Part shown: positions 45,578-56,736 of the stretch, piece after piece
How positions within the stretch are numbered: position 1 is the first letter of the stretch
How the letters are laid out: each line of letters starts with the position of its first letter
Source: Anaerotignum sp.
GTDB taxonomy: Bacteria > Bacillota > Clostridia > Lachnospirales > Lachnospiraceae
Reading direction: 5' to 3'
Assembly (NCBI GenBank): GCA_963591145.1
Contig: CAVARE010000039.1
Location: 4,482-68,481, forward strand
Length of the DNA: 64,000 nucleotides
Position numbers and translations under genes: made by a program
The notes under the pieces: generated by a model
What the model saw: the letters and a program-made list of their open reading frames with translations, nothing else
The model's database searches: none
What the model was told of the DNA's origin: nothing

Positions 45578-45612
45578 GAGCAGTGCATATTCTTATGCGC
45601 TGCTCTCATTTT
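45578..45612 (+). terminator. intra-operon hairpin/partial terminator between the reductase gene and the Fe-S genes
   Basis: GAGCAGTGCA-TATTCTTA-TGCGCTGCTC followed by TCATTTTG. Confidence 0.55.
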
Positions 45613-45713
45613 GCAGAAGCAATTATAAATGCAAGTAGGCCACTTGCTCTGCGGCCGCATTGCAAATGGCTTATAAATACTAACAATCTAGTAACAATTC
45701 AAAGAGGGAAAAA

Positions 45714-47855
45714 ATGGCAGAAGTAAAATTAACAATTGATGGCCGCCAGATCGTAGCAGATGAATCTAAAACAGTTCTCGAGGCTGCTTTAGATAATGGA
45801 ATCTATATTCCTCATCTGTGCTATCACGAAAATCTCCATCCAAATGGCGGATGCCGTCTCTGCGTAGTTAAGCAGGAAGGTGTTGATGGAGTTATTACCT
45901 CCTGTTCAACAAAAGTTAAGGAAGGTATGGTAATCAATACTAAAGATGAACTTGCCGACAAGATCAGAAAGCTGTCTTGTGACTTCATGTTCAAGACTCA
46001 CCCAAGTGAGTGTACAGGATGTCCTAAGTATGGCAAATGTCAGTTGGCTAACATCTCACAGTATGTTGGTGATACAGGTCGTGCTCTTCGTGAGCTTAAG
46101 ATCCGTGCAACACTTGATGAAACTAATCCTCTCATGCTTCATGAGATGTATCGTTGTATCCTGTGCGGACGTTGTATCCGTGCCTGCGGTGAATTAAGAG
46201 GTGTTGGTGCCCTGAAATTTGCCAAGGTTGACGGAAGAATGCGTGTAGTTATCGATGGTGACTCACTTGCCAATGCAGACTGCCGTTTCTGCGGTGCCTG
46301 CGTTGAGGTATGTCCTACAGGTTCTATCCGTGATAAGGTCGGCGTATTCCGTGATGACCTTCCACGTGAGCAGGCTCTGATCCCTTGCAGCGCTGAATGC
46401 CCTGCACATATTGATATTCCTGCTTACATCCGTGCTATCTACAATGGTGATTACTCAACAGCTGTTGGTATCATCCGTGAAAAGGTTCCATTCCCACATG
46501 CACTGGGTCTCGTATGCAACAATCGTTGTGAAAACAACTGTAAACATAAACACATTAACTCTTCTCTTTCAATCCGTAATCTTAAGAGATTCGCTGCTGA
46601 GCATGATGATACTCAGATCTGGAAAGAGAAATATATGGAAAAGGCTCCTTCAACAGGTAAGAAGGTTGCAGTTATCGGCGGTGGTGCCTGCGGTATGACA
46701 GCAGCATATTACCTCAACAAGAAGGGTCATGACGTTACAATCTTCGAAGCTAAGAAGATTCCTGGCGGTCATATGACATCAGGTATGCCTGAATACAGAA
46801 TCCCACAGAAGGCTGTTCTGGAAGAGGCTAAGATTATCGAGGAAGCAGGCGTTAAGTTCGTATGCGACAGCCCAATCAAGAATGCTGTAGACCTCAAGAA
46901 GGATTATGATGCAGTTCTCGTAGCTATCGGTACTTCAGTAGGTAAGAAACTGGGTTACCTGAACAAGAGTAATCTTCCTCAGGTATTCTCTGCCCTGGAG
47001 CTTCTTCAGGCACAGAGACTGAACCAGGATATTGATTTAGGCGATACAGTATGTATCGTTGGTGGTGGTAACGTTGCATTTGATGCTGCAGGAACACTTC
47101 TTCGTATGGGCAAGACAGTTAATGTAGTTTGCCTTGAGAAGAATGCTTCACAGGCTTCAGCTGAAGAACGTGACACTGCTCTTGAAGAAGGTGCTAACCT
47201 GTTCGATTCTCATTCAAACGAAGAGATCATCGGTGAAAACGGTCATGTAACAGGTCTTCGTGTTCATAAGATCAACAGCTTCTACTTCCATCCTGAGACA
47301 CGTGCTCTGGTTGAGGATGCTGTTCCTGACAGCACATATGTAATCCCTTGCGACAGCATCGTATTTGCAGCCGGACAGGTAACAGGTCTTACAGAGGACT
47401 TCGGTCTGGCTATCAACAGATTCGGATACCTTATCGATCCTAAGACAGGCAAGAGCGAATATACTACATCAGAAGATGGTATCTTCGCAGCTGGTGACGT
47501 TATCACAGGTACAAGATTCGTTATTGATGCAATCGCAGGTGCCCGTGCAGTAGCTGAGATCATGGACAAATACTTAGGCGGAGATGGCAACATCGACGGC
47601 AAGTTAGTTGAGCGCAGCGCTGATCCACATATCGGTAAGATCAAGGGATTTGCTGAGATTCTTCGTGAAGAGATGCCTATTCGTCCTGCTGAAGAGCGTC
47701 GTGCTGACTTCGATCCTGTTTCTACAGGCTTCACATGCGAACAGGGTAATTGCGAGTCTAGCAGATGTCTGCAGTGTGACCTGAGACTTCAGATTGCTAA
47801 GCAGAAATTCTATGCTGACTACGTTCCAGCAGAAGAAGAGGAGGTAAATGCATAA
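45714..47855 (+). CDS. fusion Fe-S flavoprotein: NuoG/HydA-type N-terminus (2Fe-2S, His-ligated 4Fe-4S, two 4Fe-4S) joined to a GltD/NfnB-like FAD + NAD(P)H oxidoreductase
   Basis: 713 aa; CRLCVV, HPSECTGCPKYGKC, CILCGRCIRAC, CRFCGACVEVCP, VAVIGGGACGMTAA, VCIVGGGNVAFDAA. Confidence 0.85.
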   Translation: MAEVKLTIDGRQIVADESKTVLEAALDNGIYIPHLCYHENLHPNGGCRLCVVKQEGVDGVITSCSTKVKEGMVINTKDELADKIRKLSCDFMFKTHPSECTGCPKYGKCQLANISQYVGDTGRALRELKIRATLDETNPLMLHEMYRCILCGRCIRACGELRGVGALKFAKVDGRMRVVIDGDSLANADCRFCGACVEVCPTGSIRDKVGVFRDDLPREQALIPCSAECPAHIDIPAYIRAIYNGDYSTAVGIIREKVPFPHALGLVCNNRCENNCKHKHINSSLSIRNLKRFAAEHDDTQIWKEKYMEKAPSTGKKVAVIGGGACGMTAAYYLNKKGHDVTIFEAKKIPGGHMTSGMPEYRIPQKAVLEEAKIIEEAGVKFVCDSPIKNAVDLKKDYDAVLVAIGTSVGKKLGYLNKSNLPQVFSALELLQAQRLNQDIDLGDTVCIVGGGNVAFDAAGTLLRMGKTVNVVCLEKNASQASAEERDTALEEGANLFDSHSNEEIIGENGHVTGLRVHKINSFYFHPETRALVEDAVPDSTYVIPCDSIVFAAGQVTGLTEDFGLAINRFGYLIDPKTGKSEYTTSEDGIFAAGDVITGTRFVIDAIAGARAVAEIMDKYLGGDGNIDGKLVERSADPHIGKIKGFAEILREEMPIRPAEERRADFDPVSTGFTCEQGNCESSRCLQCDLRLQIAKQKFYADYVPAEEEEVNA

Positions 47856-48958
47856 TGGAAAAATTATTAGTATGCAGTTGCGTTGTAGGAGATCCTTATA
47901 CAATTAGCTCCACATATCTTTTAGACAACCACTTAGATAAAGTTAAAGAAGGCGTTGAAAAATACGCTGCCACAGTCGGCGCATCAGAAATATTATATCT
48001 TCTCCCGGAAGGTTCAAAATATGATGTAGCTAATGCAGCATATGGCAAGGTTTCACCAGTTATGGAAAACCCATATGCTGTTGCACAGACACTGGAAGGC
48101 AAGCTTCCTCGTCCTATGATTCAGGATGATTTCGTTGCTGAATATGACGGCAAGGAAGTTGCTGTTATCACACCTGAAGCAGCTTACAATCTGGTATCTG
48201 GTGCTGACTGCAAGTTCATCACTATCAACAAGGGTGATGCACAGGAAGTTAAGGAAGTTCCTTACGGAACAAAATTAAGCGAGGTAGTTGATGCAGCTGA
48301 TGCTAAGGCTGTTCTCGTAGGCGGCATCAAGGGTCAGTTCATCTTACCTGAGAAGCTGGCTGATTTCGAGGCTGGAAGCGATCTGTACTCTAACTCAATC
48401 ACAGTTTATGGCAAGGATTCATGTATGGTAGTTGTTCTTGATAAGCTCATGGATCAGGCCTGGGCTAATACTTGCGGCAAATGTGTTCTCTGCCGTGAGG
48501 GTACACTTCAGTTCAAGACTATCCTTGATGATATGCCTGTTGGCAAGAGCAAGGCTGGCGACATCGACCTGTTAAAGGACGTTGCTCCACTGGTAAGAGA
48601 CGGTGCTTACTGCCCATACGGACAGAACTGGCCAAATGCAGTTCTTACTGCTCTTGATCTCTTCGCTGCTGAATTCGAAGCTCATGTTAAGAAGAAAGCA
48701 TGCCCTGCAGGCGTTTGCTTCCAGGCTGGTGCTATTTACTACATTAAGCCTGATGTATGTACCGGTTGTACAGATTGTATTGATGAATGCGATTATACTG
48801 CTATCGAAGGCAAGAAGAACTTCATCCATATGATCGATCAGGATATGTGTGAACATTGCGGCAAGTGCGTTGATGTCTGCGAAGAAGGCGCTATCGTTAA
48901 GGCTGACGGCAAGCTGCCTAAGCTGCCTAAGAAGCTCACAAGAGTCGGCAAATTCTAA
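47855..48958 (+). CDS. NuoF/HydB-like Fe-S protein lacking the FMN/NADH-binding glycine motifs, with a C-terminal 2x[4Fe-4S] ferredoxin domain
   Basis: 367 aa; TAATG overlap with the upstream gene; GAGGAGG RBS; TCGKCVLCREGT (N3-type cluster), CTGCTDCIDEC, CEHCGKCVDVC. Confidence 0.8.
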   Translation: MEKLLVCSCVVGDPYTISSTYLLDNHLDKVKEGVEKYAATVGASEILYLLPEGSKYDVANAAYGKVSPVMENPYAVAQTLEGKLPRPMIQDDFVAEYDGKEVAVITPEAAYNLVSGADCKFITINKGDAQEVKEVPYGTKLSEVVDAADAKAVLVGGIKGQFILPEKLADFEAGSDLYSNSITVYGKDSCMVVVLDKLMDQAWANTCGKCVLCREGTLQFKTILDDMPVGKSKAGDIDLLKDVAPLVRDGAYCPYGQNWPNAVLTALDLFAAEFEAHVKKKACPAGVCFQAGAIYYIKPDVCTGCTDCIDECDYTAIEGKKNFIHMIDQDMCEHCGKCVDVCEEGAIVKADGKLPKLPKKLTRVGKF

Positions 48959-48988
48959 TTCAAGCTATATACCAAAATATGTATATAC

Positions 48989-49019
48989 ACAAACGGGAGA
49001 CGAAAGTCTCCCGTTTGTT
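48989..49019 (+). terminator. intrinsic terminator of the reductase operon
   Basis: AAACGGGAGAC-GAAA-GTCTCCCGTTT followed by GTT. Confidence 0.8.
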
Positions 49020-49043
49020 ATGTCATATATTCTGTAAATTCAT

Positions 49044-49114
49044 GTAACTACTCAGAACCGTGTTACAGATGAGCCTACCGATGGTGACTCCTCTGTATGC
49101 TTAAGCATCGCAAA
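49044..49114 (+). repeat. family A interspersed repeat, long form (copy A4), abutting B3
   Basis: GTAACTACTCAGAACCGTGTTACAGATGAGCCTACCGATGGTGACTCCTCTGTATGCTTAAGCATCGCAAAA. Confidence 0.7.
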
Positions 49115-49119
49115 ATATA

Positions 49120-49194
49120 GGGACGGCTCAGTCCACTGCTCGAAAACGCCTTCGCTGACTGTTTTCTCGCAGTGAACTGAGCCGTCCCAGCACA
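49120..49194 (+). repeat. family B structured repeat (copy B3, left terminal arm missing)
   Basis: GGGACGGCTCAGT..CTGCTCGAAAACGCCTTCGCTGACTGTTTTCTCGCAG..ACTGAGCCGTCCCAGCAC. Confidence 0.8.
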
Positions 49195-49226
49195 ATTTCA
49201 TTATTAAAAGAGTTCTATAATATTCT

Positions 49227-50336
49227 TTACTTTCTCTTATACATTACTTCGTCGAATGCCTTCAGTGCATCCTTCTGCTTGCCATTCATAGACTTAGGAA
49301 CGACGATATTAAGTGTCGTATACTGATCGCCGCGTCTCTTATTATCTCTCAGATATGGAACACCTTTGTTCTTAAGGCGGATCGTTGTTCCTGTCTGTGT
49401 ACCAGCCTTGATTGGGAATAAGACATCGCCATCAACGGTATGAACCTTGATATCACCGCCTAAGGCTGCCTCAGGGAATGTAATGTCCATAGCCGAATAA
49501 AGATCTACTCCATCGCGCTGGAATTCATTGCTTGCGCTTACAAGGATCTCAACCAGGAGATCACCGCGTTTGCCTCCCTTGGTTCCAGGATCACCCAGCT
49601 CAGCTATTCTTATGCACTGACCTGACTCAATTCCCGCCGGGATCTTAACATCAATCTTCTTCTTGATATTCTTATAGCCTAAGCCTCTGCACTCAGGACA
49701 CTTGTCCTTGATGATCTGGCCTGTTCCATTACAGTCAGGGCATACCTCAGTAGATCTCATCATTCCGAACAGGCTCTGTCTCGTTACAGTTACCTGACCA
49801 GTTCCGTTACATTTAGAACATTTCTCTGGTGATGTGCCCTCCTTAGCTCCTGTGCCATGACATTTGCCGCATTCATCTTTATAATTAATATCAACTGTCT
49901 TAGAGCAGCCAAATACAGATTCTTCGAAGGAGATTCTGATTCTGGTTCTGACATTGGCACCCGGCTGCGGACCATTATAGCTGCTTCTTCTGCTGCCGCC
50001 GCTGAAGCCGCCGCCAAACAGGTCGCCAAAAATATCACCAAAGCTGCTGAAGATATCATTCATGTTCATGTTCTGGTAATTGTATCCGCCAGAGCCTGCA
50101 CCGCCTGCTTCAAATGCTGCATGACCATACTGATCATACATTTTCTTCTTTTCAGCATCGCTCAGGATACCATATGCTTCTGCGGCCTCCTTGAACTTGG
50201 CCTCAGCCTCTTTATCACCTGGATTGGCATCCGGATGATATTTCTTGGCCATCTGTCTGTATGCTTTCTTTATCTCATCCTGAGTCGCTGTTTTGGGAAT
50301 ACCCAGCACCTCATAATAATCTCTTTTATCCGCCAT
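49227..50336 (-). CDS. dnaJ: molecular chaperone DnaJ
   Basis: 369 aa from ATG 50336; J domain [11 protein letters not shown]; four CxxCxGxG zinc-finger repeats. Confidence 0.96.
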   Translation of the reverse strand: MADKRDYYEVLGIPKTATQDEIKKAYRQMAKKYHPDANPGDKEAEAKFKEAAEAYGILSDAEKKKMYDQYGHAAFEAGGAGSGGYNYQNMNMNDIFSSFGDIFGDLFGGGFSGGSRRSSYNGPQPGANVRTRIRISFEESVFGCSKTVDINYKDECGKCHGTGAKEGTSPEKCSKCNGTGQVTVTRQSLFGMMRSTEVCPDCNGTGQIIKDKCPECRGLGYKNIKKKIDVKIPAGIESGQCIRIAELGDPGTKGGKRGDLLVEILVSASNEFQRDGVDLYSAMDITFPEAALGGDIKVHTVDGDVLFPIKAGTQTGTTIRLKNKGVPYLRDNKRRGDQYTTLNIVVPKSMNGKQKDALKAFDEVMYKRK

Positions 50337-50756
50337 TTTTTCATTTCCTTTTCTTGTATAGACCCAGATTTCATATGTGCAATAACACATACTGCTCAAA
50401 AATCACATGTTCACGACACAAATCTCCCAGCAACCGTATGCTTATTCAGCATTTCCTGTTTTCATAGTACATTTTCTAGGCAATTTCTGTATTGAACCAC
50501 CGATTTTCAGGCAACTTAGGTTCCAAATTACAAACATGGATTCTAATAATTTTCATATTAGATGGATATAGTATTTGTCATACCCTAAACCACCACGCAA
50601 GGTGGAATGCCGTAAGCAGTCCACCTTGTGTACATCATATTATTATTTAATTAATCTGACTGTCGCTTTATGCGCCATGTCGTCCAACCCATCCGACAGC
50701 CATGAACCATGCCATGCAAGCATGCTCATTCATGGCTGCCGTCCAGGATTTTTATA

Positions 50757-52703
<1,947 letters not shown>

Positions 52704-52727
52704 TTAATCGTCATATCGTAATAATAT

Positions 52728-53402
52728 TTAATTTGCTACCTTAACCATGCTGTATCTGACTACATGATCCTTATATGTATAACCCTTCTGGAATTCTTCA
52801 ACTACTATATTGTCTCCGACCTCCGGATCATCCACATGCATTACTGCATTATGGAAATCAGGGTTGAATTCCTGTCCGACCGCCTCAATAGGCTTAACGC
52901 CGGCATCCTCAAGAGCCTTAAGCAGAAGCTTGTAAGTCATATTCATGCCTACTACAAATGAGTCCTCTGCCTGATTCTCAGGAACCGCTGCAAGACCTCT
53001 CTCGAAATTGTCAATCGCCGGCAGGATCTTCTCTACTATATCCTTAACACCGAAGTCATATCTCTGAGTCTTCTCCTTCTCGCTTCGTTTTCTGAAATTA
53101 TCGAACTCAGCAAAAAGCCTTGCATATTTATCCTCGGTTTCCTTGACCTTAGCCTCGAGAGCCTCTGTAGCTTTCTGCACCTTATCCTCAGCCTTGGCCC
53201 ATTTGAGCTTTCTTTCTTTTTTCTTCTTTCCTGACGCTTCCTCAGCCTCCTCAGCCTCTATCTCTTCTTCAGCACCTTCAGCCTCTATGACGTCTTCCTC
53301 GACTTCCTTATCCATAGCATTTTCTTCCTCGGCTGCTGCACTGTCATTTGCCTCATCTAAATCTCTCTTAAATTCTTCACTATCCATGTTTTTTTCTGAC
53401 AA
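52728..53402 (-). CDS. grpE: nucleotide exchange factor GrpE
   Basis: 224 aa; acidic N-terminus; RLFAEFDNFRKR. Confidence 0.95.
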   Translation of the reverse strand: MSEKNMDSEEFKRDLDEANDSAAAEEENAMDKEVEEDVIEAEGAEEEIEAEEAEEASGKKKKERKLKWAKAEDKVQKATEALEAKVKETEDKYARLFAEFDNFRKRSEKEKTQRYDFGVKDIVEKILPAIDNFERGLAAVPENQAEDSFVVGMNMTYKLLLKALEDAGVKPIEAVGQEFNPDFHNAVMHVDDPEVGDNIVVEEFQKGYTYKDHVVRYSMVKVAN

Positions 53403-53426
53403 GTCTCTTACCTGCCTTTCTATATA

Positions 53427-54512
53427 TTATTTTTTCTTATTACGGCTGAACTTCTTATCCAGGCTGCTGGTCACATTATGTAATGCATCAACTACTCTCT
53501 CGTAATCCATTCGCTTAGGTCCGATGATTCCGACCTTACCGTAAACACCTTCTTCGAATTCATACGTTGCCGTGATCACTGAGCAATCCTTCATCGCATT
53601 TACCGGTGATTCCTCGCCGATATAAACCTGAATTCCCGTGGTATTGCTGCCTTCCTCCTGCTCATCTGTCATAAGCTCTGTCAGCAGCTCCTTTTCCTCA
53701 AGGGTTGATATCAGCTCGCCGGCCCTCATGGAATCAGCTGATAGCTCAGGATACTTGAAAATGTTCTTCGCGCCGCTGGTGAATATCTCAATGCCGTCCG
53801 CCGAACCGATCGTCGCTACGATATGATTAAGTATCTCTGACACCAGACCTCCATGCTCCTCAGCCTGCTCCGCCATCTTAGCTGCCATGTCGAAGTTGAT
53901 CTCCTGAAGAGTTAAGCCGTTCAGTGTGCTGTTCATCAGAAGGTTCAGCTTCAGCAATACCTGCGGATCTATGTCCTCTGTAACATTGATCATCTCGTTC
54001 TTAACCATGTTGCCCTCGAGGACTATCGTGCACAGAACCTTGTGAACATCCAGCTGTGTGATCTGAACAAACTTAAGCCTGTTTCGATTAGCCTGCGGCA
54101 TACTTACTACCGATGTATAATTGGTATTAGATGCCAATGTCTTGACTACATCCTTAAGTATAGTCTCTATATGCTCGATCCGGTCATCAAGTGACGACTT
54201 CTCATTCTCAATCTCTTCAGAACGTTCATCCAGCTTCCTGCTCTTAGACTCAACCTCTTCCAGCTTAGTCTCAAGCATCTCGTCAACGTACAGTCTGTAT
54301 CCTGCATCAGTAGGAATACGGCCAGCTGAAGTATGAGGCTGGAAAATGTATCCCATTTCCTCAAGGTCTGACATCTCATTTCTGATCGTGGCTGCAGAAA
54401 GCTCAAGATCAGCATATTTAGAAATCGTTCTCGAACCAACAGGCTCGCCAGTCTCTAAATAATTCTTGATGATCGCCTGAAGTATCTTCTTTTTTCTGCC
54501 GTCTAACTCCAT
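53427..54512 (-). CDS. hrcA: heat-inducible transcriptional repressor HrcA
   Basis: 361 aa; N-terminal winged helix RKKKILQAII..YLETGEPVGSR; first gene of the CIRCE-controlled operon. Confidence 0.95.
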   Translation of the reverse strand: MELDGRKKKILQAIIKNYLETGEPVGSRTISKYADLELSAATIRNEMSDLEEMGYIFQPHTSAGRIPTDAGYRLYVDEMLETKLEEVESKSRKLDERSEEIENEKSSLDDRIEHIETILKDVVKTLASNTNYTSVVSMPQANRNRLKFVQITQLDVHKVLCTIVLEGNMVKNEMINVTEDIDPQVLLKLNLLMNSTLNGLTLQEINFDMAAKMAEQAEEHGGLVSEILNHIVATIGSADGIEIFTSGAKNIFKYPELSADSMRAGELISTLEEKELLTELMTDEQEEGSNTTGIQVYIGEESPVNAMKDCSVITATYEFEEGVYGKVGIIGPKRMDYERVVDALHNVTSSLDKKFSRNKKK

Positions 54513-54546
54513 AACCTATCCCATCTGTGCTAACTTCTTGTTCCCG

Positions 54547-54573
54547 TTAGCACTCGTGCTATAAGAGTGCTAA
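54547..54573. promoter_or_regulatory. CIRCE operator (HrcA binding site)
   Basis: TTAGCACTC-N9-GAGTGCTAA, perfect consensus. Confidence 0.95.
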
Positions 54574-54585
54574 CATCTATGGCAT

Positions 54586-54614
54586 ATACTACCACTGGCA
54601 CTCATCAAAGTCAA
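54586..54614 (-). promoter_or_regulatory. sigma-A promoter of the hrcA-grpE-dnaK operon
   Basis: minus strand TTGACT-17 nt-TAGTAT, immediately upstream of CIRCE. Confidence 0.75.
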
Positions 54615-54640
54615 CTGCTAACTGTGAAATATGTGTGAAG

Positions 54641-55423
54641 CTACTGCAATAGATCGGGACGTCTCTGCTTCGTTCTTAAAACAGACTGCTCCCTGCGCCA
54701 GGCATCTACCCTGGCATGGTCACCCGACATCAGAATCTCGGGCACCCTGAGACCCATGAATTCCTCGGGTCTGGTATATTGTGGATATTCAAGAAGCTTA
54801 AGGGACGGCTCTTCATCGTCGTCCTTCTTAGCATTAGAAATAAGATCTCCATAGACTTGTTTTCTTATTTTTTTAGTAAACTCTCTGTTGGGATATACCC
54901 TGCTGAAGCTTTCGTCCTCACCTGAGAGCTGATTAGTAAGGACGCCTGGAACCATACGGCTGATGGCATCAACCATCACCATAGCAGGGAGCTCGCCTCC
55001 GGTAAGAACATAATCGCCGATGGAAATCTCCTCCGCCTCCATGAGCTCTAATACTCGCTGGTCGACACCTTCATAATGACCGCACAGGATTATGATATCG
55101 TCCTCTGCGGCAAATTCTCTGGCCATCTCCTGGGTAAATACCCTGCCTGCAGGGCTTGTATAGATAACCTTAGGTTTTCTGGTACTGGTTATGCCACGGC
55201 ATACGGCCTGCCATGCGTCATATACAGGCTGGCATTTGATCACCATTCCCGCTCCACCGCCAAATGGCGCATCATCCACATGGCCGTGCTTCTCATCTGT
55301 ATATTCTCTGAAATTTACTGTATCAATATTTATAAGGCCAGCCTTAGCTGCCCTTCCTAATATGCTGGTTCCAAGACCGGCATTTATCATATCGGGGAAT
55401 AATGTAAGAATGTGAAAGTTCAT
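54641..55423 (-). CDS. trmD: tRNA (guanine37-N1)-methyltransferase TrmD
   Basis: 260 aa; MNFHILTLFPDM..; GGGAGMV; YTRP near the C-terminus; carries a ~35-aa insertion. Confidence 0.95.
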   Translation of the reverse strand: MNFHILTLFPDMINAGLGTSILGRAAKAGLINIDTVNFREYTDEKHGHVDDAPFGGGAGMVIKCQPVYDAWQAVCRGITSTRKPKVIYTSPAGRVFTQEMAREFAAEDDIIILCGHYEGVDQRVLELMEAEEISIGDYVLTGGELPAMVMVDAISRMVPGVLTNQLSGEDESFSRVYPNREFTKKIRKQVYGDLISNAKKDDDEEPSLKLLEYPQYTRPEEFMGLRVPEILMSGDHARVDAWRREQSVLRTKQRRPDLLQ

Positions 55424-55489
55424 AGTGTTTAAAATAGTTGTAAATATTCAGATGCCAATAAAACTGCTTCAATTATCAGAACATTTGCT

Positions 55490-56017
55490 CTAATCCAGCA
55501 ATCCCTTCATGACATTAACTGTGATAATGCTGTTCTCGATGTCAACGTTCTTGATGCAATCGGCGATAACCGGGAACAGGATCTCATTGCCTCCGGCAGT
55601 TTCTACTACATATACATCATTTGCTCCAGTCTGAAGGACATCCTTAACTGTGCCCAGCTCTCTGCCTGCCAGGCTGTCAGATGCTTCATCTGCCACCACC
55701 CTGCAGCCTATAAGATCCGCGATATAATACTCACCCTCTTCTAATGGCTGCGCCTGGTCGCGGCTTATCAATATATCAGAACCAGCCACCTTAGATATCT
55801 CCTCAGGAGCATTAAAGCAGGAGAACTTGACTATAGCCATGTTCTTAAAATATTTAACGCCCTCTATCTTCGCCTTTATATCTTCTCTCGGAGTCTTGAT
55901 TATGACTTCATCTACCTCTTCGAATCTCTCGGCATAATCAGTGGTCGGATAGACCTTAGCCTCTCCATGAACGCCATGGGCGCGTGTCAGTACACCTATA
56001 CGTAAATATTGTTCCAT
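55490..56017 (-). CDS. rimM: 16S rRNA processing protein RimM
   Basis: 175 aa from ATG 56017 (GGAG RBS; the TTG at 56029 is part of the RBS region); G.HG..GE and PRC-barrel C-terminus. Confidence 0.9.
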   Translation of the reverse strand: MEQYLRIGVLTRAHGVHGEAKVYPTTDYAERFEEVDEVIIKTPREDIKAKIEGVKYFKNMAIVKFSCFNAPEEISKVAGSDILISRDQAQPLEEGEYYIADLIGCRVVADEASDSLAGRELGTVKDVLQTGANDVYVVETAGGNEILFPVIADCIKNVDIENSIITVNVMKGLLD

Positions 56018-56040
56018 ATCTGTCTCCAAATATCATTCCA

Positions 56041-56101
56041 TTATCTATCTGGCTGCAGGCTCGCATCAGAGCTGCTCAGCCGTCCTAAGCCCGATAGATA
56101 A
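56041..56101. repeat. 61-nt imperfect hairpin inside the rpsP-KH-rimM-trmD operon
   Basis: arms TTATCTATCTGGC / GCCCGATAGATAA (12/13 complementary); interior GCTGCTCAGCCGTCC resembles the family B arm. Confidence 0.5.
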
Positions 56102-56169
56102 AGATAGGCAAACCGCATGCTCATCCGCATACATGTCTGCCCTTTAAAAATGCAGCAGACACCGCGGGA

Positions 56170-56403
56170 TCAATCCACGATGTCTACTACTACTTTTTTG
56201 TTTTCTTTAATAGCTACAGTCTTAACCACTGTCCTAATAGATTTTGCTATACGACCCTTTTTTCCGATGACCTTACCCATGTCCTCGCGAGCTACATTAA
56301 GCTTAAGTACAATAGTTCCGTCCTCTTCTACTGTTTGGGTGACTATAACCTCATCAGGATTATCAACAAGAGCCTTAGCGATTACTTCGACTAATTCTTT
56401 CAT
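56170..56403 (-). CDS. KH domain RNA-binding protein (YlqC/UPF0109)
   Basis: 77 aa; GKVIGKKGRIAKSIRTV. Confidence 0.9.
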   Translation of the reverse strand: MKELVEVIAKALVDNPDEVIVTQTVEEDGTIVLKLNVAREDMGKVIGKKGRIAKSIRTVVKTVAIKENKKVVVDIVD

Positions 56404-56417
56404 GTGTTGACCTTTCT

Positions 56418-56663
56418 TTATTTGATGAGTCCTTCATTCTTAAATAATCTGGCAACAACCTCTGTTGGCTGTGCGCCATTTGCAAGCCACTTCTCAGCTG
56501 CTTCCTTATCGATGATAACCTTAGCCGGCTCCTGGTTTGGATCATATGTTCCGAGCTGGTCGATAAATGCGCCGTCTCTTGGTGCTCTTGAATCAGCTAC
56601 GATAATTCTGTAGAAAGGTGCTTTCTTCTTGCCTAATCTTGTTAATCTAATCTTTGTTGCCAT
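56418..56663 (-). CDS. rpsP: 30S ribosomal protein S16
   Basis: 81 aa; [31 protein letters not shown]. Confidence 0.97.
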   Translation of the reverse strand: MATKIRLTRLGKKKAPFYRIIVADSRAPRDGAFIDQLGTYDPNQEPAKVIIDKEAAEKWLANGAQPTEVVARLFKNEGLIK

Positions 56664-56736
56664 TTTTTTACCTCAATCTTTCTTGAAATATTCGATGCCG
56701 CCGCTGGCAGTCATCATTATAATTTATAAGCTCAAT

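Noticed and set aside
50400-50756. Hidden gene or sRNA in the 356-bp dnaK-dnaJ spacer
   Set aside because: It contains only short hairpins (CAGCCATGAA/TTCATGGCTG and CAAGGTGGA/TCCACCTTG) and a 21-codon ORF without an RBS. This is not enough evidence for a feature.
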